NCBI GenBank assembly: GCA_050014195.1
Contig: JBEKDT010000001.1
Location: 160,001-224,000 of the forward strand
Length of the DNA stretch: 64,000 bases
Direction: 5' to 3'
DNA from: Desulfomonilia bacterium
Lineage (GTDB): Bacteria > Desulfobacterota > Desulfomonilia > UBA1062
A program made the translations under genes and the position numbers. Within the stretch, counting starts at the first letter, position 1. Every line of letters begins with the position of its first letter. Positions 50,755 through 60,739 of the stretch are shown one piece after another. The notes beneath the pieces were generated by a model. It was not told the origin of the DNA. It saw only the letters and a program-made list of their open reading frames with translations, and did not search any database.

Positions 50755-51972
50755 TTAATCCAAAAGGATCGTATTCTTGACATTGGGTTGTATCAACATT
50801 TCTCTATACATTACCATACCCCCCAAAATCAAGGAGAATGGGTAAAGTGAATTTTTTGAGTAGAAAGGAAATACAATGCTTGCATCCAAGAACCACGCAA
50901 TGAATACCACTAACAGGCAACAAAGAAATACCCTATCATCTTTCTTCACCACCTTAATGGTATCTTTGAATAATCTTATAAATAAAAATGATAAAGGCAC
51001 ACAAAGGAGAAAAACACCAAAAATACCATTATCATAAACAATCTCTAAGAAAAAATTATGAGGAAAGTTAACCTCATAGCTTGGGTATTTCACAGTTCGA
51101 TCAATCCCTACGCCATGTCCCCAAACCCACTCTGAAATCTTATTGTGCTCCAAAATCTTTATTACATCGTTCCATATAAACACTCTTGCTTGTTTATTTA
51201 TATTAACGAAAAGATCCGACAATCGCATTTCAACCCTCAAATCAATACATATAATAAGAAAAAGTAAACTAACGAGGACCAATAAACTAATCCACCTCTT
51301 TGTTCCTCTTAGAAACATTATAATACCAAATACACAGCTGATCGTTATGCTTATCCAGGCTGCCCTAGAATTTGAAAGAATCAATGTAATAACATTAAGG
51401 ATTCCGACGATGGAAAAGACAATTTTACTCAGTGACTTTGATGTATAAAAAAAATAAAAAACTATTGGAAGCGTCAAAATGCTCGTGCTACCGAGAATAT
51501 GGGGATTAGAAAATGTTCCATAAGGCATATGGAATAAAACACATGAAACAAACTGGCATATTATAGTAAGGAGCAATAAAACCATAAGAACATATTTTAA
51601 TAACACCTTTATACTCAGCTGATTATTGATGATAGTAAGATAATGAATACTCAGTACAATGCCTAAAAGTTTTAGAACAGTGAATATGGTGCTGATATTT
51701 GTATATACCCCTGAAATAAAAAAGCTTGGTATAACAAGAAAAAGTGTAATGATGACTGTATAAACTATATGTTTATATCTGATTGGGTTGTATGCCCTCA
51801 TTAAAATTAAAACTACCAGGTTGATATCACACACGATAAGGCTTGTCCTTACACCTCCAGTGTTTATGACAAAGAAAAATAAAATAAAACTGGCTACTCC
51901 CAGAACAAGCAGGATATTTAAAAAGAATACATTCAAATTATGTTCTGGCAGATATTTATTTATAAGATTCAT
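50755..51972 (-). CDS. waaL: O-antigen ligase-family protein
   Basis: Many TMs; GTFSNP, SRAAW, R..IW, WGHG.G, PHNFFLE..DNGIFG. Confidence 0.85.
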   Translation of the reverse strand: MNLINKYLPEHNLNVFFLNILLVLGVASFILFFFVINTGGVRTSLIVCDINLVVLILMRAYNPIRYKHIVYTVIITLFLVIPSFFISGVYTNISTIFTVLKLLGIVLSIHYLTIINNQLSIKVLLKYVLMVLLLLTIICQFVSCVLFHMPYGTFSNPHILGSTSILTLPIVFYFFYTSKSLSKIVFSIVGILNVITLILSNSRAAWISITISCVFGIIMFLRGTKRWISLLVLVSLLFLIICIDLRVEMRLSDLFVNINKQARVFIWNDVIKILEHNKISEWVWGHGVGIDRTVKYPSYEVNFPHNFFLEIVYDNGIFGVFLLCVPLSFLFIRLFKDTIKVVKKDDRVFLCCLLVVFIAWFLDASIVFPFYSKNSLYPFSLILGGMVMYREMLIQPNVKNTILLD

Positions 51973-52321
51973 GATTCCTCACTGCGAAGAAATTCCATTT
52001 AATGATAATCCTTAAAACCTTCTCATTAGTGAACCGGTGATAAAATAATTGAATGGCTGCCATCCACACTTTGCTTGAACCTCTTTGTCTTTGCCTCCAA
52101 TAGAGCTTCTTGTTCAAGGTGCGTGCAAGGCATACCATTATGCAAGGCATGAATCAAGCTCGGTAAAACTCATTTCTCTAGATAACGAGCTTGTAATTTT
52201 TCACTAAACAGCATTATTTTTAAGATTCATCAACCATGGGGATTCAGGGCGCATCTCAAGGCTTTATCTTATCATATAAACAATGGTATAGAGGCACAAA
52301 TATCATATTAAACAACGTACA

Positions 52322-53284
52322 ATGGATATCCTCTTCATCAAACTAGGCGCTTTGGGTGATGTGATCAATACGTTGCCTCTGGCCATAACCCTTCATGAAC
52401 AGCTGCAGGCACGCATACACTGGTTGGTGGAACCTTTGAGTTATCCGCTTGTATCCTCTCATGCAAGTGTGAATCGTGCCATTCTTTTTGATAAAAAGCG
52501 ATGGCTTCAGGTCTTCCCGAGTGTATTTAATGAACTAAGGAGGCAACACTTCGACATCACCCTGGACCTCCAGCGCATCATCAAGTCAGGCCTTTTCTGC
52601 ATGGCTGCCTACAGTGACAGGAAGATCGGCTTCAATAAGGCGCGCTGCAAGGAATTCACATGGCTCTATCCTTTTGAACGGATCCCGGTATCTGATCCAT
52701 CGGTGCACATGGTTTACCAGTACCTCGAATTTGCACGCTATCTGGGGATTACCCCAGGCGAAATCAGGTGGGATATCCCCGTCACAGGGAGACTGCCGTT
52801 TGATCTCCCCAAGGAATACGTGGTCCTTAACATCGGCGCCACTACAAGCGCAAAACGTTGGACAACTCAAGGATTTGCATCACTCGCCCAGGGACTTATG
52901 GAGCGTTATGAGGTGCATGCGGTGCTCACAGGCGGTCCTACTGATACACCTGTGGCCGGCGGGATAGAATCCATGGCCGGAAACAGCGTTATTAATCTTG
53001 TGGGAAAAACAAACATCCAGGAACTCTCAGAGGTAATTGCAGGTGCTGTTGCCGTAGTTACCTGTGATACCGGGCCCATGCACTTAGCAGTGGCGCTGGG
53101 GAAAGAGGTCATTGCGCTGATCGGTCCTACCAATCCGCAGAGGACAGGCCCTTTAAGGGGAAGGATCATCCGGCAGGATCTGAGCTGTATGCCCTGTAAC
53201 AAGAGGCGATGCGAAAATCCGATATGTATGGGCGGGATTACTGCCGAGATGGTGCTTGATGCGCTTGGAGACGTACTTGGGTGA
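52322..53284 (+). CDS. GT9 heptosyltransferase-family protein
   Basis: KLGALGDV, DLQ, KRW, DTGPMHLA.A, GPT. Confidence 0.9.
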   Translation: MDILFIKLGALGDVINTLPLAITLHEQLQARIHWLVEPLSYPLVSSHASVNRAILFDKKRWLQVFPSVFNELRRQHFDITLDLQRIIKSGLFCMAAYSDRKIGFNKARCKEFTWLYPFERIPVSDPSVHMVYQYLEFARYLGITPGEIRWDIPVTGRLPFDLPKEYVVLNIGATTSAKRWTTQGFASLAQGLMERYEVHAVLTGGPTDTPVAGGIESMAGNSVINLVGKTNIQELSEVIAGAVAVVTCDTGPMHLAVALGKEVIALIGPTNPQRTGPLRGRIIRQDLSCMPCNKRRCENPICMGGITAEMVLDALGDVLG

Positions 53285-53428
53285 TTAGTGATGCGTGAAC
53301 AGATAAAACCCCCAAGGTCGTTTGTTTCAAGCATGAGATCAAGGAAGAATATGTGTCATACAGGTTCAGCCACTAATCACTGTGTGCGCCACCATCTCTG
53401 ATCACTCATCACTGTTCACTGATCACTC
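53281..53428. repeat. Inverted heptamer arrays between convergent GT9 genes
   Basis: GTGATTA GTGATGC GTGAACA; CACTAATCAC; ATCTCTG ATCACTC ATCACTG TTCACTG ATCACTC. Confidence 0.65.
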
Positions 53429-54436
53429 TAAACTCAACACCCTTCTGCATGCATCAATCACCTTCTCCGCATCCAATTCCTCAAGGCATCTCCTGTGCGT
53501 GCAAGGCTCCCTGAGATAACAGGGTGAGCAGGCCAGATCTTGCCTCACCACCATGCTTCTTCTATTCTGAGGTGCTACATAGAAGGGGTCTGTGGGGCCG
53601 AAGATGCCTATCGTGGGGATATCCAAGGCCGAGGCCATATGCATGACCCCTGAATCTATGCCCACAAAGAGTTTTGCCTTTTTGATAACCGCTGTGAGCT
53701 CCCTAAGATTGATCTTCCCGGCCAGGTCCACCACCTGATGGACCCCCCCTTTTAGTAACTCTTCAACATGCATGGCAATTGTTCCGGTGCACTCTGCAGT
53801 GTCGTTACCACCCACAAGAACGCAACTGAGACCAAACTCCATGGATAACCTGGCTATGACGGAGGCGAACTTGCGCTCATCCCATGCCTTGGCAAGCCTG
53901 CGCCGGGAAGCCCCGGGCGAGAAAATTGCATACCGCCAGGGCAGCCCTTTGACTGTAACGGGCTCATCTACTTTCAGCAGGCCCACGTAATTATTCTGGG
54001 AGACGGGGATGCTGAGGCGATCAAGAAGCTTGGCATTGTTGAACCACGAGTTGTGGCCCTGAATAACCTCCTTCACGGTGAGCCCCAGGTCCCAGGGTGA
54101 GTGTGCAAAACCGGCCTTAAGGCATGCACCGCTTAATCCCGCTAGGATAAGCGCCTCCTCGGAGTGGGGAAGCGTAATGAGAAGATCATAATGCCCTCGC
54201 AGGAGGGTCCATATGAGGCCAAACCTTGCAAGATTGCCCTCCTTGCGGAGGATGATCTTGTCAACATAAGGGCTGTCGGCGAGCAAGCCTTCCAGGTAAG
54301 GCCTCACGACAGAATGGATAGAGGCCTGAGGGAAATTATCACGAAGCGATTTCAACAGGGGCAGCGAAAAGCACAGGTCACCGATCTGGTTTAAGTGTAT
54401 GACGCAGATCTTGGTGCAGTTCATGCCTGCGATCAT
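53423..54436 (-). CDS. GT9 heptosyltransferase-family protein
   Basis: NQIGD, SPGAS..KAW, DSGVMHMA.A, FGPT, CSPC. Confidence 0.9.
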   Translation of the reverse strand: MIAGMNCTKICVIHLNQIGDLCFSLPLLKSLRDNFPQASIHSVVRPYLEGLLADSPYVDKIILRKEGNLARFGLIWTLLRGHYDLLITLPHSEEALILAGLSGACLKAGFAHSPWDLGLTVKEVIQGHNSWFNNAKLLDRLSIPVSQNNYVGLLKVDEPVTVKGLPWRYAIFSPGASRRRLAKAWDERKFASVIARLSMEFGLSCVLVGGNDTAECTGTIAMHVEELLKGGVHQVVDLAGKINLRELTAVIKKAKLFVGIDSGVMHMASALDIPTIGIFGPTDPFYVAPQNRRSMVVRQDLACSPCYLREPCTHRRCLEELDAEKVIDACRRVLSLE

Positions 54437-55653
54437 TATAAAAAGAAGTTGTTATCAGCCACCACAGGGATCTCAGAGACTTCCTTGTCCGATTGGATGA
54501 AGTTCTCGATCCACCAGTTCACGTGGTGATAAAAGCACGCGACCTGACTACACTCAAGCCTGGCATTGAACGATTGGATGGAATGTTCCAGCCGGGCATG
54601 GGTGAAATCCAGGTTGGCCTTCCCTCGATATCCGGCCGAATCCCCGATCTTGGCCTGCTCTACACCCCTCAATGCCGGGCAGTGGAAGATGCCGCCGGAG
54701 GTCAGAACGGTCCTGAAGAATTGGCTGTGGCACACCTCGGGTTGAACTTTAAGCTCGTGTACCTTCTGGTCCAGCATGGCCTTTAGGTTAACGCTTTCAA
54801 GGACCTTAACCTCGGTAGAGCCTATCTCTTTGGCAAGAACAAGGTTATTCTTGATATCCTCAATGATCCTTGCTTCCCGCTCGGGATCGGGGGTGTCAAA
54901 GAGCGACTCCTTCTGTGTGGTTTCGAGCCTCAGCAGGCAGGGCTTAAATGAGACATAGTCAAAAGAATATTCCTTGGCAAGACTGACCGCCTGGTCCATC
55001 TCGTTGATATTGGGTGTAAGTTCATATCCGTTCACCGATATCCCATCCCACACGATCACATAGGAGTAACCGGCCTCAACCTTCGGATTGAGTCTCTTTA
55101 TCTCCTGTACATTCTTCAAAATGCCCTCGAGGGTGGTCCTCCCCCGGGGTCGGTGAGACTTGAAAAAGGTGCTCTCCTTGCCTGCATCAATAGAGATCCT
55201 CAGCCAGTCTCCCTCTTTAAGCATATCAGACACTGCGGCAACCCTCTCGAGCCTGGATCCGTTCGTAGCAATACCGACTTGGATACCCCGCTCGCTGACA
55301 AACCTCACGATCTCCTCGAAGTTCTTGTGGATCGTGGGTTCGCCGCCGCCGATGAGTATCACGGAGCGCAATCCATTTTTCTGCAAGGTTTCGATACTCC
55401 GCTTTATGGTACCGAGGTCGAGGTAATCGCCGGTATTGAGCAGCCTCGAGTCCACACAATGAGGACAGGAGAAATTACATGCCGTGGTCAGGTCGAGGTT
55501 TATGGAGATGGGCCCGTATTGGGGAAACTTGGCACTCTCCGCCGACCTCCTCAGCGAGCGCTGCCAAGCGATGTAGGCCCGAAGGCCTTCAAGAACTGAA
55601 GTCTGTCTCAGTTTGGCACTGAAGTCATGTTCTTTTTGTTCCAATCGTTCCAC
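54436..55653 (-). CDS. Radical SAM enzyme with Cys-rich (SPASM/twitch-like) C-terminus
   Basis: CNFSCPHC, GGGEPT, ATNG, RISIDAG; C-terminal C...C...CxxxxC. Confidence 0.9.
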   Translation of the reverse strand: MERLEQKEHDFSAKLRQTSVLEGLRAYIAWQRSLRRSAESAKFPQYGPISINLDLTTACNFSCPHCVDSRLLNTGDYLDLGTIKRSIETLQKNGLRSVILIGGGEPTIHKNFEEIVRFVSERGIQVGIATNGSRLERVAAVSDMLKEGDWLRISIDAGKESTFFKSHRPRGRTTLEGILKNVQEIKRLNPKVEAGYSYVIVWDGISVNGYELTPNINEMDQAVSLAKEYSFDYVSFKPCLLRLETTQKESLFDTPDPEREARIIEDIKNNLVLAKEIGSTEVKVLESVNLKAMLDQKVHELKVQPEVCHSQFFRTVLTSGGIFHCPALRGVEQAKIGDSAGYRGKANLDFTHARLEHSIQSFNARLECSQVACFYHHVNWWIENFIQSDKEVSEIPVVADNNFFL

Positions 55654-55663
55654 TTTATTCCCC

Positions 55664-56623
55664 TTACCTATTCATCGATCCAGCATAAATCTGGTGGAGC
55701 AGTGAGGCGGTTTCGATGATATGCCGCCTCCCGAGTAACGGCTCGGCTCCCGAGCTTACTGCTGTGAGGAAATCGCGCACGGAAAGCCATAATGGGTCAA
55801 CTATCTTTAGGGTTTTGTCCCCATAAGTCAAGTGTATTGTGTACGTCCCAAGGTCAATGTGTCTGGTAACCACACAGCCGTTGAACCCGAAGAAAAACGT
55901 CCTCGGCTGTGCCGTCTCCCTCACCAGTTCAATCAGTGTTTCACATCGGGTATGCTCTGTAAGATAGGTGAACCTGATCATTAGTGAATCATCTCCACCC
56001 TGAAAGGACAAGTCATCTATCTTGCCGCTTCCTGCTGCAAAGTACAGAAGACTCAAGGCATGCGGCACGGAATCAGGGATCATTTCCTGACCTATGGACA
56101 GCGGGGAGAGTCTGATTGAGAACTCCTTGATCCCGGTAGGATCAAGCTTGCCACAGAGCTCTTCATAGATAGGAAGACTAAACGGCCACTGGGAATTCAA
56201 GGAGATCGTTAACCCTTTCTCCTGTGCCTTCGCAAAGATATCCTCAGCCCAAGCTGGTGCATCGGGTACATCGGTGGATATAAACGGCTTCTCACAGAAA
56301 ATATGGACCCCTGCCTCAATGCACTGTTCTATATATGTCTTATGGGTAATGGAAGGGGAGGCTATGGCTACACATTCTACTTGAGCTTCATGGATCATCG
56401 TTGAAAAGTTCGTGTAGGACTGTGCCTTGATACCGTACTTCATGAGATTGGTTGCAGCAGACAAGGCAGTCTTCTCGCTCGAACCAAGAACCCCTGTTAC
56501 CTCTGCCCTGTTATCATGGAAATACTTGGCGATATATTCCCCGATGCCGTTTCTCTTCCGGCCTGCACCGATGATTGCCGCCTTCATGGCCGCACCCATA
56601 TCACAATAGTTACCCTCATACAA
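55664..56623 (-). CDS. Gfo/Idh/MocA oxidoreductase (start 56623 or 56587)
   Basis: IIGAG, IASP..H, HIFCEKP. Confidence 0.85.
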   Translation of the reverse strand: MYEGNYCDMGAAMKAAIIGAGRKRNGIGEYIAKYFHDNRAEVTGVLGSSEKTALSAATNLMKYGIKAQSYTNFSTMIHEAQVECVAIASPSITHKTYIEQCIEAGVHIFCEKPFISTDVPDAPAWAEDIFAKAQEKGLTISLNSQWPFSLPIYEELCGKLDPTGIKEFSIRLSPLSIGQEMIPDSVPHALSLLYFAAGSGKIDDLSFQGGDDSLMIRFTYLTEHTRCETLIELVRETAQPRTFFFGFNGCVVTRHIDLGTYTIHLTYGDKTLKIVDPLWLSVRDFLTAVSSGAEPLLGRRHIIETASLLHQIYAGSMNR

Positions 56624-56764
56624 TCAGTGCCCTCCTCATGATGCACCATCTTCCCCGTCAGGGCAGTTGCGTGCTGATCATTGACATCATGCCACATGGT
56701 AACTATTACCTTAATAGAAAAAGATTGACAAAAAATTCATCATCTTAAACAGTCTAAAGAGAGT

Positions 56765-58564
56765 ATGAAGAAAAAACCAGGAATCATCTCATATGACAAC
56801 TCAAGAACAAATCCACAAAGCTCTATCCTCGTCTCCGGTCGAACCATTCCAGTAGAAAACATCTGCGAGACCCTCTTTAATTCCGCCAACTTCGGCATCA
56901 TCGCCGCAGATACTGAGGGATATGTATTATTTATCAATCCTTTTGCAAGATCACTGCTTGATTTCCAAAAGGATATATCGAACCGCGCAACAAAAATACA
57001 CGTCATCGACAAAGACCTCTGGAATGAATACCGTAAGATCATCGAGACAGGCGAACCGCAGCTCAATGTACCTGCCCAACACAACGGCAAGCTCCTGGTG
57101 AGCCATCGACTTCCCATTGTTCAAAACGGCAAGATTATAGGCGCAATGAGCATTTTCAAGCTCTTGGAGACCTACGAGGAGCTTGCCAACGATATATTCA
57201 AACTAAAAGAATATACCCACGAGATCGAGGCCATCATCGAGTCCTCCTATGACGGCATCTATGTAACCGACGGAGATGCGAACACAATCAGGGTCAACTC
57301 TGCCTATGAGAAGATCACTGGAATTAAGGCATCTGAAGTCATAGGGAAAAATATGAATGATCTGGTAAAAGAAGGATATTTTGATGAGAGTGTGAGCTTG
57401 AAGGTTAAAGAAGAAAAAAAACCTGTTACAATCCACCAGACCTTGAAATCCGGCAAGAGCATCCTGGTTACGGGTAACCCCATCTTTGACGAGAACGGCA
57501 AGATCAAAATGATCGTCACCAATGTCCGTGACATGACCGGGCTCGTGGAGCTCCAGCAGCAGCTGGAATACACCAAGGGCATGACAAAGGCCTATAGAGA
57601 CATCCTGAAGTCGTTGCAGCAGACCTCGGCCCGTGAGAATGACATCATCATGGTCTCGGAGCCCATGCTCCATATCCAGGAGCTCCTGGACCGCGTTTGC
57701 AGGACGAATGCTACCGTGCTTATCTATGGAGAGACCGGTGTAGGAAAAGACCGCATCGCCGAGGAGATCCATGAGAAGTCCGACCGGGCCGAGGGCGGAA
57801 TCTTTGTAAAGATCAACTGTGGGGCGATTCCGGAAAACCTTCTGGAGAGCGAGCTCTTCGGTTATGATCGAGGGGCATTCACCGGGGCGCGCAAGGAAGG
57901 GAAGTCCGGGCTCTTTGAGGTGGCGCACAAAGGAACCTTGTTCCTTGATGAGGTCGAATCCATGCCGATGTTGCTTCAATCCAAGCTGTTACGCGTCCTA
58001 CAGAACTTCGAGATCACGCGTGTAGGTGGGACCAAACCCCTCAAGGTGGATGTGAGGCTCATCTGCGCCTCCAATCAGGACTTGAAGGAGCTCATTTCTA
58101 AAAAGCTTTTCAGAGCCGATCTTTTTTACCGGCTGAATGTCATTCCTATCTATATACCTCCTTTGCATGAACGGCGAGACGACATCCCATACCTCGTGCA
58201 CTTCTTCCTGAACCGGTACAACAAAAAACACGGCACCAAGAAGGTATTATCGAAAGAAGCCATGGATCATCTGATCACCTATACGTGGCCGGGCAATGTC
58301 CGCGAGGTGGCCAATGTAATAGAGCGACTTGTGGTCATCACCCATGGTGACTATATCCTGCCGAACAACCTTCCCAGGGAGATCTTTGAAAGAACCGGCA
58401 AAGATTTCATTGAGAACGGGCTTACACTGAAAGAACAGGTGGACAAGATCGAGATCTCCATCATCCGCAAGGCAATAGAGAAGTATGGCAGTGCACGCAA
58501 GGCTGCTCCCCACCTTGGTATGGATTCCACATCGCTCACCCGGAAACTGAAGAAATATTCCTGA
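56765..58564 (+). CDS. PAS-PAS sigma54-dependent activator
   Basis: GETGVGKD, ESELFG, GAFTGA, FLDEV, WPGNVRE, C-terminal HTH. Confidence 0.94.
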   Translation: MKKKPGIISYDNSRTNPQSSILVSGRTIPVENICETLFNSANFGIIAADTEGYVLFINPFARSLLDFQKDISNRATKIHVIDKDLWNEYRKIIETGEPQLNVPAQHNGKLLVSHRLPIVQNGKIIGAMSIFKLLETYEELANDIFKLKEYTHEIEAIIESSYDGIYVTDGDANTIRVNSAYEKITGIKASEVIGKNMNDLVKEGYFDESVSLKVKEEKKPVTIHQTLKSGKSILVTGNPIFDENGKIKMIVTNVRDMTGLVELQQQLEYTKGMTKAYRDILKSLQQTSARENDIIMVSEPMLHIQELLDRVCRTNATVLIYGETGVGKDRIAEEIHEKSDRAEGGIFVKINCGAIPENLLESELFGYDRGAFTGARKEGKSGLFEVAHKGTLFLDEVESMPMLLQSKLLRVLQNFEITRVGGTKPLKVDVRLICASNQDLKELISKKLFRADLFYRLNVIPIYIPPLHERRDDIPYLVHFFLNRYNKKHGTKKVLSKEAMDHLITYTWPGNVREVANVIERLVVITHGDYILPNNLPREIFERTGKDFIENGLTLKEQVDKIEISIIRKAIEKYGSARKAAPHLGMDSTSLTRKLKKYS

Positions 58565-58590
58565 GGCCATCAAAAGATAAGGTCCTTTTA

Positions 58591-58778
58591 ATGCAATTAT
58601 GCATCGGGGGACTGAATCTACCCGACAACCCTTATTGGTGCCTTGGTATTTTAGAAAAATATCAGAGAACATCCCTGGATGATTATGCAATATTGCATCA
58701 TACCCTGAAAAAACATCAACTTCAATTAATTACAAATGGTTATAATTGCGCCAAAGCATTGTCGATGCATCATTGCAT
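58591..58778. promoter_or_regulatory. Three ATGCA-N4-TGCAT palindromes, putative enhancer sites
   Basis: 58591-58604, 58685-58698 (perfect 14 bp palindrome), 58765-58778. Confidence 0.65.
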
Positions 58779-58889
58779 CATTTTGCAGTATTGGATCTTC
58801 ATCTTCCCTGTAACAGCGCTAAAAATCGATACATCTATCTACCTGTTTTTACTTCTATCTCTAGTTGTTTTCAAACAATCAGAACACTA

Positions 58890-58905
58890 TGGCATCCTTT
58901 TTGTA
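58890..58905 (+). promoter_or_regulatory. Sigma54 -24/-12 promoter of the abfD operon
   Basis: TGGCAT-CCTTT-TTGTA, correct spacing, GT variant at -12. Confidence 0.7.
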
Positions 58906-59004
58906 ACATAGGGCCGGGGGAATGGATGAACATCGAGGGATCAACCGTTACAGCAAATCATACAACCAGGATGATCCAAGGATAAAGAACACACGGAGGA
59001 TCGT

Positions 59005-60471
59005 ATGAGCAAACTGATGAATGCGAAAGAGTATGAAGAGAGTCTGAGGAAGCTGAAGCTGAACGTGTACATGTTCGGCAAGAAGGTAGAAAACGTAGTG
59101 GATGACCCGATAATAAGGCCCTCCATGAATGCGGTGGCCGCCACCTACGAATTTGCCCACAGGCCGGAATATGAAGATATCATGACCGCCAAGTCCCATA
59201 TCACGGGCAAGAAGATCAACCGCTTCACCCATATTCACCAGAGCGTGGAAGACCTGGTGAAGAAGAGCAAGATGGGAAGGCTCCTGGGGTCTCTGACCGC
59301 CTGCTGCTTTCAGCGCTGCGTGGGCATGGACGCCATGAATTCGCTTTCTATCGTAACCTATGCCATAGATCAGAAGTGCGGCACGGAGTATAACAAGCGT
59401 TTTCTGAAATATCTCGAATACGTTCAGGAGAACGACCTGGTCTGTGACGGTGCCATGACCGACACCAAGGGTGACCGTTCCCAGCCTCCTCACAAGCAGT
59501 TTGACCAGGATATGTTTCTCCATGTGGTGGAAGAGAAGAAGGACGGCATCGTGGTCAGGGGGTCGAAGGCCCATCAGACCGGTGCGGTCAACTCTCACGA
59601 GATCATCGTAATGCCCACCATCACCATGCGGGAAGAGGACAAGGATTTCGCGGTTGCCTTTGCGCTTCCCAGCGATACCAAAGGCATCACCTATATCATG
59701 GGCCGGCAGTCCTGCGACACGCGGAAGCTCGAAGGAATGACCTTTGATCGCGGCAACATGTTCTACGGCGGTCATGAGGCCCTGGTGGTCTTTGATAATG
59801 TGTTTGTGCCCTGGGAGCGGGTCTTCATGTATAAGGAGTATGACTTCACGACCCAGCTCGTCGAGAGCTTCTCTGCGTACCACCGTCAGAGCTACGCGTG
59901 CAAGGTAGGGGTGGGCGATGTGCTCATCGGCGCGACGCAGACCGTTGCGGAGTACAACGGGGCAGAAAAGGCATCGCACGTCAAAGACAAGATCGTGGAG
60001 ATGAACCACCTGAACGAGACGCTGTTCTGCGGCTGCATCGCCTGTGCATCCGAGGGGCACCGTGAGGCGAGCGGGACCTATCTTGTGGATGTTCTTCTGG
60101 CCAATGTGCACAAGCAGAATGTCACGCGGTTCCCCTATGAGATCGCCAGGCTCGCCCAGGACATCGCGGGCGGTGTAGTGGTCACCTGTCCATCGGAAGC
60201 GGACCTTAACTCGCCGGTGGTGGGTAAGTGGGTGAAGAAATACTATCAGACAAAGGCGGACGTCCCCACAGAATACCGGATGAGGATATTGAGGCTTATC
60301 GAAAACATCACCATGGGCACTGCAGCAGTAGGTTACCTCACCGAGTCCATGCATGGGGCGGGCTCACCACAGGCGCAGCGGATCATGATCGCCAGGCTTG
60401 TAAACATGAAGCAGAAGCAGAAGATTGCGAAAGAACTGTGCGGAATCGTCAAGGGCGACCAGATAAGCTGA
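59005..60471 (+). CDS. abfD: 4-hydroxybutyryl-CoA dehydratase
   Basis: INRFTHIHQS, CFQRCVGMD, GAMTD.KGDR, HRQSYACK, ESMHGAGSPQAQ. Confidence 0.93.
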   Translation: MSKLMNAKEYEESLRKLKLNVYMFGKKVENVVDDPIIRPSMNAVAATYEFAHRPEYEDIMTAKSHITGKKINRFTHIHQSVEDLVKKSKMGRLLGSLTACCFQRCVGMDAMNSLSIVTYAIDQKCGTEYNKRFLKYLEYVQENDLVCDGAMTDTKGDRSQPPHKQFDQDMFLHVVEEKKDGIVVRGSKAHQTGAVNSHEIIVMPTITMREEDKDFAVAFALPSDTKGITYIMGRQSCDTRKLEGMTFDRGNMFYGGHEALVVFDNVFVPWERVFMYKEYDFTTQLVESFSAYHRQSYACKVGVGDVLIGATQTVAEYNGAEKASHVKDKIVEMNHLNETLFCGCIACASEGHREASGTYLVDVLLANVHKQNVTRFPYEIARLAQDIAGGVVVTCPSEADLNSPVVGKWVKKYYQTKADVPTEYRMRILRLIENITMGTAAVGYLTESMHGAGSPQAQRIMIARLVNMKQKQKIAKELCGIVKGDQIS

Positions 60472-60725
60472 AAGTGGGCCTGAAGTTCTGTGGTGGATGT
60501 CGGGCCCAATATGACCGTGTCGGGATAGTCAATTCCCTTAAGGAGCGACTTGCCGACAATGTGGAATTTGTAGCCGCGGACAGCGAGGATGCAGAAGAAA
60601 TCATAATTGTGAGCGGATGCAATACGGCATGCACAAAACTGGAAGCAGTCCATGACCGTCCCACACGGTACATCACAAGCCCGGATGATGCAGAACGATG
60701 GATAAAAGAGATATTAAAATCTTAA
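60468..60725 (+). CDS. Small Cys-rich protein; start CTG 60468 or GTG 60474
   Basis: KVGLKFCGGC...YDR...SGCNTAC; fills the gap between abfD and the CoA-transferase. Confidence 0.72.
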   Translation: MKVGLKFCGGCRAQYDRVGIVNSLKERLADNVEFVAADSEDAEEIIIVSGCNTACTKLEAVHDRPTRYITSPDDAERWIKEILKS

Positions 60726-60739
60726 ATAAGGGGTAGGCA

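Noticed and set aside
58948-60354. 468 aa antisense ORF opposite abfD, and similar ORFs at 57203, 61151 and 62138
   Set aside because: Shadow frames of codon-biased genes; no domains recognised
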